A DNA stretch of 64,000 nucleotides from Candidatus Poribacteria bacterium. GTDB taxonomy: Bacteria > Poribacteria > WGA-4E > WGA-3G. The notes beneath the pieces were generated by a model. That model did not search any database, was not told the origin of the DNA, and was given only the letters and a program-made list of their open reading frames with translations. Position 1 is the first letter of the stretch. Each line of letters starts with the position of its first letter. Positions 56,447 to 64,000 of this stretch are shown here, piece after piece. The DNA is taken from positions 5,024,001 through 5,088,000 of the forward strand of contig OZ242029.1 in assembly GCA_965205015.1 (NCBI GenBank). The letters are read 5' to 3'. A program made the position numbers and the translations under genes.

Positions 56447-57385
56447 ATGAAAAACAGTGACGTTGAATTGATTCAACGGACCTTGGCGGGCGATCAACGG
56501 GCTTTCAGCACCCTTGTGCGGAGATATCAAAAGTCGCTCCATGCCCTTGTATGGCGAAAAATCGGCGACTTCCACATCGCTGAAGAAATCGCACAAGATA
56601 TATTCCTTAACGTCTACAAAAAACTTCAGACGCTGAAGCATCCGAATCGGTTTGCCGGATGGCTTTATGTAATTGCCACTCGCCGATGCATCGCTTGGTT
56701 GAAGAAGAAACGGATTCCGATGGCGTCTTTGGATGCAATGCCGCCAGATGAATTGGAGGAATTGGCGTATGCCCAATATCACGCTGAACAGCAGGAGGAG
56801 GTCGTGAATGAGAAACACCGCGAGGTTGTCAAACGTCTCCTGCAAAAGCTGCCGGAGAGTGAACGCACTGTTGTAACGCTTCACTATCTCGGTGACATGA
56901 CATGCGAAGACATTAGTAAGTTTTTGGGGGTATCACCGAACACCGTCAAGAGTCGACTCCATCGCGCCCGTAAACGGTTGAAGAAGGCGGAACATATCGT
57001 TCGTGAAGTGTTAGGCGGTTTCCAATTGGCTACGACGTTAGCCGAAAATGTTCTACGAGAAATTGCGCATATCAAACCCGCAGCGCCAACGGAGAGTAAG
57101 CCGTGGCTGCCGTGGACAGTAGCCGTCTCGACTACCCTTTGCGTTATGCTGCTGATGGGAAGTGGCACGCAGTACTTAGCCCGATTCCAGCAGCCTTACA
57201 GTTTGGATGCCAGGTCAGAAATGACTGTGGAGCTCGTTGATACATCTCTTGTCCGTGTGTCAAAGCAGAAACCGAGTGTGAGAAATCAATTCGGAAATGC
57301 GGATACACGGGACAAACCAAGGACTTTACCGTCTTACCGCGGGGTCTTGGGCAAAGTTGCTCGTCTACGGTCCCCAATTTATTAA
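56447..57385 (+). CDS. ECF sigma-70 factor with C-terminal TM extension (N-terminal part of a frameshifted fusion)
   Basis: Region 2 AEEIAQDIF...FAGWLY.IA; region 4 LPESERTVV.L.Y...EDIS.FLG...NTVKSRLHRAR; then a TM helix. Confidence 0.85.
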   Translation: MKNSDVELIQRTLAGDQRAFSTLVRRYQKSLHALVWRKIGDFHIAEEIAQDIFLNVYKKLQTLKHPNRFAGWLYVIATRRCIAWLKKKRIPMASLDAMPPDELEELAYAQYHAEQQEEVVNEKHREVVKRLLQKLPESERTVVTLHYLGDMTCEDISKFLGVSPNTVKSRLHRARKRLKKAEHIVREVLGGFQLATTLAENVLREIAHIKPAAPTESKPWLPWTVAVSTTLCVMLLMGSGTQYLARFQQPYSLDARSEMTVELVDTSLVRVSKQKPSVRNQFGNADTRDKPRTLPSYRGVLGKVARLRSPIY

Positions 57386-58904
57386 TTCGTTAGTAGCCAT
57401 CGAAAATAGACTCTATGTTATAGCAGGTTTCGATTTTACACGGTCTGCAAACTTGTTTGAGGAATCCCATAAACTTGATCACTCGGTTGAGATATTAAAG
57501 TTTCCACCGAGAATTTTTCGTTCAGTCGACTTCGGCGATACTTGGGACGACCTTTCACCGATAGAGGGAAAAGGAACAGGGGGCAGATTATGGGTGGAAT
57601 TACCGCCAACTGATGACAATTTTCGGCTCCAGATGTTCAGTGGTATCCAGTTGGTTGCAATCGATGAAAGACTTACGGTGATGGGGACCGGTGTCCTGCT
57701 GCGTTCAAATGATAGTGGAGACACATGGACGCATGTAAAAGTGGGCAGAAATGCGTTGAGTCAGAGTATCTTTCCCGTTGTCGCTTTGGACGAAAATAAT
57801 TTTTACACATCCGATATTTCTGGGATAGCACGATCAAAGGATGCTGGTATCTCGTGGCACCCCTTTTCTGCCGGGATGATCAGCTCTCATGTTCAGAAGT
57901 TACTCATGTTTGAAAACGTTCTCTATGCACTCACGCCTGAAGGGATCCTCAAATCAATGGATCTCGGGGAATCTTGGACATCCGTTCGAGTAGATGCCGG
58001 TGACGGTGTTGTGAAAAAAGGAATACTTGAAAAAAAACAGACGGCTCCAGATTTACTGAGTCATGCCAAAATCGTAAAAGCCAACGGTTCGCTCTATGTC
58101 AGCAACAGTACAACCGATAAGGTCGAACTTTTTCATATTTCATCTGATAGAGATGTTCTAAAACCTGTCCGACGGATGCCAGTTTTCACCGAGGACACAC
58201 TGGAAGTTAAATGGCAGAAAAGGTTTAAAAACGCGCCTCGCGATGTGAGTGAGTTGAGTCGCCAACGGCGAGCAGATATGCCACGTATTATGGAAGAGCG
58301 TCTCACGAATGGTGGATTTACGATCGCTGACAATACTGTCTTCATGGAGTACCGACGGAAACTCTTCAAGTGGCACCGAAGTGAAAGACGGTGGTTTGAT
58401 ACAGGGCTTGTGGATCCCACCGAACGCGCCCACGGTGCTGATACATCAAAGGGGTTCACGCTCGCGGCATCCGACAACGTGGTCTATGCGGGTAAACGGG
58501 ATGGTTCGCTATTTCAGTCTCTTAACAGGGGTGATAGTTGGAAAGAGGTTACTGCGGACTTACCCTTCTCTTTTGCCTATTTCCAAGACATAGTCTTCGC
58601 TGGGACAACCGTTTATCTGATAACCGATCAAGGGGTTATGAATTCGCGCGATGGCATCAACTGGAACGCTCTCACGGATACCGAAGGAAATCGAATTCCT
58701 ATCTTTCGGATAGCAGTGGATGATAGTAGGATTTACGGTGTGTGCAACCAAGGTGTGTATCGGATAAATCCTAAGACGGATACGTGGATTCAAATTTCAC
58801 CCGAAGTTCCGGACGAGGCAACTGCTTTCGCTGTGGATCGTGGCATGCTCTACATCGGCACGCGGCACAGCGGTGTCCTCCGTTTACACCTGAATGAATT
58901 GTAG
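57297..58904 (+). pseudogene. BNR/Asp-box beta-propeller, probable C-terminal part of a disrupted sigma-TM-propeller fusion
   Basis: Repeated S.D.G..W boxes. No signal peptide or RBS; overlaps the sigma ORF by 89 nt and starts mid-blade (GTNQGLYRL). Confidence 0.65.
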
Positions 58905-58928
58905 AAATTAATTTTCAGGAGGTATCTC

Positions 58929-59699
58929 ATGCAATTCATCGGAAATATACGTTTGGCAGTTATAGGCATTGTTATGATGATGCCTTTTACGCTTTTTGCG
59001 GCGCCCCACGCACCCTCCCCCGCTGGAGGCGGTTGGCTTGAACTGAATCCAGAACTGCCACTCGTGCAAACCGAAGCACCGTGGTTTCCCGAATATCCAG
59101 GTCCGCTAACGATTGAAGCGTGGGTATACATAGACAAACCTCCCCGCGTTCAGGGTGTCATATCGCTGGAGGCTGGATCCCGTACTGCTTTCTCTATTGT
59201 GGGTCAAACAGACCGCTTTACCTGTGCCATTGTCGGTGATGGGTACAAAGCCAGTCCTGCTATCGCCACAAGGGGAGTCGTGGGTGGATCCGCAAAGATA
59301 TGAGGAATGCTACCTACCGGGCGGTGGGTCTACTATGTGGCAATAATTGACAGCGGCTCTACCGTTGGGTGCGGCGGTTCGATCTCTGGACTGGTACCGG
59401 GGAGTCATCTTGCATCTGCGAGCGAACCGCTCCTTATCGGAGGCGTTCCAGTTCTAAAGGGGAGTGGACTGAAAGTTGTTCCTGCTTCTGGGATGTATAT
59501 TGACGAGCTGCGAATTAGTTCTATTGTTCGTTACGGGCAAGGCAGATATACCGCGCCTCCGAAAGCATTTACCCCAGATGACGACACGTTGGGGTTATAC
59601 CATTTCGATGGAAAGTCAACCGAACGTTATGAAGATGCCTCACCACATCAGAGTCTCTTGATCCGCGTTAAGAAAGATACCCAACCCAGATCAAATTAG
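58929..59699 (+). pseudogene. LamG-like secreted protein interrupted by an in-frame TGA (59301-59303)
   Basis: ORFs 58929-59303 and 59307-59699 share a frame; LTIEAWVY and IDELRISS..RY...D.DTLGLYHFD are halves of one LamG-like domain. Confidence 0.75.
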
Positions 59700-59752
59700 T
59701 AAATGCCTTGGGTTCAACATTCTCTATTAGCGGTATCCCTTTTTTCACATAA

Positions 59753-59788
59753 TGTAACGTTTTGCCTAAAAATTGTGTCTTTAATATT
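59753..59788 (+). promoter_or_regulatory. Candidate ECF promoter
   Basis: TGTAAC-17-TGTCT-ttaatatt. Confidence 0.45.
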
Positions 59789-59842
59789 GTAGTGCCATAA
59801 ATTCGACACGACATATTACACCTATCGTCGATTGGAGCAGCC

Positions 59843-60430
59843 ATGAAGCCACAGATTTTTTTCAGAGGGAATGCGCCGGTAAGCCTCATCGGGTTTCTTC
59901 TGCTCGTGACAGCAACGTCAATGGGATGTGGGGTTTTTGTCTATCGCGTCTTAGGACTCGATCCCGTTAGCCTCACGCAGGGGGATCTCCACAAGATGGG
60001 ATTAACGAAGAATAACCGCATTGATGCGCGAGGCAGATCGAGTTCCCGTATAAAGGGATCATCTGTTATTGCAGGATTCCAGGAAGGCGGGAGTGATGCT
60101 CTAACAATTCAATATTGGTTATTTGATACCTCGTCCACTGCCCAAAAAGCGGCGGCGGACCAGTGGACATGGACCTTTGCCGCCCCAGCAGATTTCCAGC
60201 CCGAGCTGAATCCCGATGACGTCATTGGGGATGCGACATGGCGCAACATCCACAGGACCCAGAGGGAATGGGAACACAATATGTGGGAAGACAATATGAC
60301 TGACATCTATTTCGTGAAATACAATCTCCTTGTCAGTGTCAGGGTAAGCGGACATGGACACTTAAAGTACGCCCGGGACGTTGCCCGACATATTGAATCG
60401 AAAATAGAGATAGTATTGGAGAAAAAATGA
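59843..60430 (+). CDS. Hypothetical lipoprotein
   Basis: Lipobox SMGC; RBS ggag; paralogous to the next gene. Confidence 0.7.
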   Translation: MKPQIFFRGNAPVSLIGFLLLVTATSMGCGVFVYRVLGLDPVSLTQGDLHKMGLTKNNRIDARGRSSSRIKGSSVIAGFQEGGSDALTIQYWLFDTSSTAQKAAADQWTWTFAAPADFQPELNPDDVIGDATWRNIHRTQREWEHNMWEDNMTDIYFVKYNLLVSVRVSGHGHLKYARDVARHIESKIEIVLEKK

Positions 60431-60961
60431 AACCACAGATTTTCTCAATGGGGAATGCGCTGATAAGCCTCATCGGGTTTCTTCTGTTCATGACAACAGC
60501 ACTGATCGGGTGTGCGATTCTCTCTAATGCCTATCCCATCATGTCCCTGTCTCCCGTTCTCCTCACACAGGATGACCTCCCGACAATAAATACGACTAAT
60601 GAAAAGTGAGACGGAGCGCACCAGTGGACCCACAGAATTATCTCTTATCACAAAATGCAAGCAGCGGTGGGGTGAAGGCCAACTGACTGTTCGCTATTAT
60701 TTATTTAACTCTACGTCCGCTGCCCAGAAAGCAGCCTGGCCACTCTTTCCTGCCAAGGCGATCCATCGTCCCGAGCCAAATCCCAAGGAAGTTATAGGGG
60801 ATGCGACGTGACGCGTCAAAAGTGGCTACATCTATTTCGTGAAACACAATGTCTTGGTCCACATCATAATGGAAGGAGACTCGTCAAATCAACTACAGTT
60901 CGTCCGGGAGGTTGCCCGAAAGATTGAAACCAAAATTGAAGCGGTATTGCCAAAAAAATGA
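60427..60961 (+). pseudogene. Tandem paralog of the 59843 lipoprotein, with a frameshift and a nonsense codon
   Basis: MKPQIF...LIGC, frameshift near 60605, then LTVRYYLFNSTSAAQKAA...VIGDAT*(60809-60811, W in the paralog)RVKSGYIYFVKHNVLV...AR.IE.KIE..L.KK*. Confidence 0.8.
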
Positions 60962-61311
60962 ACACAGAGTGCCCAAGAAACTTGGTGCGTTTGAAAAACA
61001 GTTCTATCCAAATACCCTCTATCACACCACACATCTTTTCCTTTAGGTCTCTGAATCCCACCCGCAAGCCCCTGAATCTATCTGCTTTTAGACTGGCTGC
61101 TGACGGCTATTTTGCTAACAACCATTCCTCAATTTAAAACCTTTCTCAAAAATACCAGAAGTGATATAATAATATATCGAAAGATATGCAGACACAAAAT
61201 CGTCTGGTGTGCTATCACAAGTGCAGTGCGACGAAGTGTTCTAACAGGCACACCCAGTTAAACATTCAGACTTTCTTCATCGTCTTAAAATTGTAGATAC
61301 ACATAAAATAC

Positions 61312-62649
61312 ATGAGGAGGAGCAGAAATTTGCACCACCGAAAACCGATCTTTTGTCGGCTATTTGTCTGCCTTTTTTTGGTTGCCATTCCTATGCATGC
61401 TATTGCTGGCGATTGGCCAACATGGCGGGGACCAAATCAGGACGGCACTTCTGTCGAAACCGGACTCATCACATCTTGGTCGACTGAAGGTGAAAACCTT
61501 CTCTGGAAGGCAGAATTTATAGGGCGTTCTACACCGATCGTTCTCAACGACAGCGTCTACGTCATCGGACGTGTCGGCAAAGACATCACCGAACAGGAAC
61601 GCATCGCCTGCTTCGATGCCGAGACCGGCGAACTGATCTGGAATTATCAATTCAACGTCTTCCATACCACGATCTCCTTCAACCGAGTCGGCTGGACGAG
61701 CCTCGCGGGTGATCCAGAAACAGGGAATATCTATGCGCACGGTGTCCAGGGCCTCTTTTTCTGTTTCGACAAAGAGGGTACTATCCTCTGGTCGCGTTCG
61801 CTTACAGAGGAGTATGGGCGGATATCCGGGTATGGCGGACGGGTTCACACCCCTATTATCGCAGGCGACCTTGTCGTGATTAGTTATCTCAATTCGGGAT
61901 GGGGCGACCAAGCCGCGACACGCCACCGTTACTTCGCGTTCAACAAACACACTGGTGAACTGATTTGGGTTTCAACTCCCGGGGGTAGACCCTTAGACAC
62001 GACCTATTCCACACCCGTCGTTGTCAATATCAACGGGCAGCCACTCATCATTGGCGGCAATGCGGATGGCGGTATCTATGCCATGAAACAGAGCACCGGG
62101 GAGATGGTCTGGGGATTTAAACTGAGTCAGAGGGGTATCAATACGTCCGTCATTGTTTCAGGCACGAAAGTCTATGCATCACATAGTGAAGAGAATATAG
62201 ATACCACCGCAATGGGACGCGTCGTCTGTATTGACGCGACAGGGACTGGCGATGTCACGCAAACCCATGAAGTCTGGCGATATGACGCCGTCAACGTCGG
62301 GTACGCGTCGCCTACAATTCACGCCGGACACCTCTATGTTATAGATAACTCCGCGAATATCCATGCTGTGAATGCTGAGACCGGTGAGGTCTACTGGGAA
62401 CACAACATCGGCAAAGTCGGGAAAGGGTCTCCTGTCTGGGCAGACGGTAAACTCTATGTCACGGAAGTCAACGGTGGATTTATTATCCTTCAACCGGACG
62501 AAAACGGGTGTGAGACGCTGAGTGCCCAAGAGATAAGTCGGGCTGAGGAAGATCACTACGTCGAAATCTACGGTTCACCCGCTATTGCGGATGGACGCAT
62601 CTATTTCACGACAGAAGAACACCTCTACTGTATCGGAGGGGCAAGATAA
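61312..62649 (+). CDS. PQQ-like (BamB-like) beta-propeller protein
   Basis: Signal peptide, DWPTWRGP, repeated TGE..W and SP motifs. Start may be TTG 61330. Confidence 0.88.
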   Translation: MRRSRNLHHRKPIFCRLFVCLFLVAIPMHAIAGDWPTWRGPNQDGTSVETGLITSWSTEGENLLWKAEFIGRSTPIVLNDSVYVIGRVGKDITEQERIACFDAETGELIWNYQFNVFHTTISFNRVGWTSLAGDPETGNIYAHGVQGLFFCFDKEGTILWSRSLTEEYGRISGYGGRVHTPIIAGDLVVISYLNSGWGDQAATRHRYFAFNKHTGELIWVSTPGGRPLDTTYSTPVVVNINGQPLIIGGNADGGIYAMKQSTGEMVWGFKLSQRGINTSVIVSGTKVYASHSEENIDTTAMGRVVCIDATGTGDVTQTHEVWRYDAVNVGYASPTIHAGHLYVIDNSANIHAVNAETGEVYWEHNIGKVGKGSPVWADGKLYVTEVNGGFIILQPDENGCETLSAQEISRAEEDHYVEIYGSPAIADGRIYFTTEEHLYCIGGAR

Positions 62650-63569
62650 TGAAAAATTTTATCCCATTTTACGGCATTCTCATGGTATGTATTCTCGCTG
62701 CTGGTTGTGCCAGTAAGGAAATCGCACCGGAGCCTGTGAAGGTGTCAACTGCGCCTGCTGTTTCGCTGCTGCTTACGCCCGCTGAAACACTCACATCGGG
62801 TGAACCTGTCGAACTCAGCGCTGTAGCTTTCGATGCGGATGGAAAGCAGACGGGTGCAGCTGATGCTATAGAATGGGCATCCAGCGGCTTGGTTGGTACA
62901 CTCCATGCGGGTAAATTCACACCTGATACAGATGCTGGGGCGCATGCAGGCACGATTACTGCTCAATCGGGGGATATGAAGGCGATGGCTCGCGTTCGTG
63001 TGATTCCGTCGCTCCCGTGGACAGAGGATTTTGAAGCGATTGAGCTCGAAAAAATACCCACGCACTGGATCGGTGCGACCGGCAAATTTTTTGTGCGTGA
63101 AAAAGATGGCGGTAAAGTCTTAGTCAAGACACCTGTTCAACGCGGCTTAAACCGGTCCAACGTTTATCTCGGTCCCTCAACAATGAAGAACTATCAGATT
63201 CAAATTGACTTGATGGGAACCAAAAATAAACGTAGACTGCCAGACTTGGGCTTAATTGCGAATCGTTACACATTAGATATGCAGGGCAGACACCAACGCT
63301 TACAAATTCGTTCGTGGGCATCCGATTTACGCATGGCAAAGACAATCGATTTCTCGTGGGACGTCGATGTCTGGTATACAATGAAGATGATGGTGGAGGT
63401 TATGGAGGATAAGGCTGTGATTCGAGGGAAGGTCTGGCGAAGGGGCGAACCGGAACCAGCAGAATGGACGATCACTGCTGAAGACCCGCTACCCAATCGT
63501 GAGGGAAGCCCCGGTATCTATGGCTATTCCGCAACTGAAATTTATTACGACAACCTAAAAGTATGGTAG
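62649..63569 (+). CDS. Lipoprotein with Ig-like and lectin-like beta-sandwich domains
   Basis: Lipobox AAGC; WTEDFE...WYTMKM...GKVW..GEPEP.EW...GSPGIYG...YYDNLKV. Confidence 0.75.
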   Translation: MKNFIPFYGILMVCILAAGCASKEIAPEPVKVSTAPAVSLLLTPAETLTSGEPVELSAVAFDADGKQTGAADAIEWASSGLVGTLHAGKFTPDTDAGAHAGTITAQSGDMKAMARVRVIPSLPWTEDFEAIELEKIPTHWIGATGKFFVREKDGGKVLVKTPVQRGLNRSNVYLGPSTMKNYQIQIDLMGTKNKRRLPDLGLIANRYTLDMQGRHQRLQIRSWASDLRMAKTIDFSWDVDVWYTMKMMVEVMEDKAVIRGKVWRRGEPEPAEWTITAEDPLPNREGSPGIYGYSATEIYYDNLKVW

Positions 63570-63585
63570 TAAAGGAGTCATTCAA

Positions 63586-64000
63586 TTGAAACCCCAATTT
63601 ATCTACATCGCAAATCTTGCCGTGCTGCTCACTTTCGCGGTATCCGGTGTTTCGGCGGAGAAAGAGATTGCCTTGTGGGGCGGCACGTTAAGCCGTAACA
63701 TGGTCTCTGATGAAACGAATATCCCCGGGAGTTGGGATCTGGAAAGCGGTGAAAATATTAAGTGGACCGCAGAACTCGGTTCCCAAAGTTATGCAGGTCC
63801 GCTCATCATCGGCGAAAAAGTTTTCGTCGGAACGAATAACAAAGCACTTTACAATCCCAAATTAACCGGCGACCGCGGGAATCTCATGGCGTTTAACGAA
63901 TCCGATGGCAAGTTCCTTTGGCAAGCCACCCATACCAAACTCACTTCAGGACGGGTTAACGACTGGCCCCTACAGGGCATCTGTTCCACGCCGTTTATTG
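63586..64000 (+). CDS. Partial PQQ-like beta-propeller protein (runs off window end)
   Basis: TTG after aaggag: MKPQFIYIANLAVLLTFAVSGVSAEKEIALWGGTLSRNMVS...NIKWTAELGSQSYAGP, open to the end. Confidence 0.85.
   Translation, partial: MKPQFIYIANLAVLLTFAVSGVSAEKEIALWGGTLSRNMVSDETNIPGSWDLESGENIKWTAELGSQSYAGPLIIGEKVFVGTNNKALYNPKLTGDRGNLMAFNESDGKFLWQATHTKLTSGRVNDWPLQGICSTPFI

Noticed and set aside
56414-56884. 156-aa minus-strand ORF
   Set aside because: Antisense shadow of the ECF sigma factor.
59301-60811. In-frame TGAs as selenocysteine or genetic code 4/25 recoding
   Set aside because: TGA terminates many intact genes here (hicA, moxR, sbcD) and TGG is used for Trp. There is no Cys-aligned redox motif, and the second gene also has a frameshift.

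Overview
A gene-dense bacterial chromosomal window, most likely Candidatus Poribacteria or a relative. This assignment is an inference from the NYPNPFNPETWIPYQL-type C-terminal domain, a LamG protein ending in 'KLPLVWATLK', an ECF sigma-TM-propeller locus, multiple PhyH dioxygenases, a Uma2 nuclease and a giant TPR protein. Core and metabolic genes include tsaE, sbcCD, yjbQ, a xylG-like ABC ATPase, GT4, GH32, SDR, AKR, MFS and a ThDP enzyme. Two intact IS elements (IS4-like and ISAs1 family) carry clear terminal inverted repeats and target duplications. There are several toxin-antitoxin or defence modules, some decayed, a ~17 kb operon encoding a giant TPR protein with MoxR, DUF58 and vWA proteins, and a decaying ECF sigma island. 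The least explained signals are: (i) an identical 21-bp oligomer (GGGAAACACCCAAGCAAAAAC) inserted cleanly into two unrelated REP-like hairpins, themselves nested in MITE-like elements; (ii) a duplicated hicAB cassette whose second toxin was deleted and whose HicBs end in an amphipathic helix; (iii) a PhyH protein with a halogenase-like HxA motif; (iv) a lone Rad52-like annealase candidate. No CRISPR array, rRNA or tRNA was seen. All family assignments are from motif recognition by eye, not database searches.
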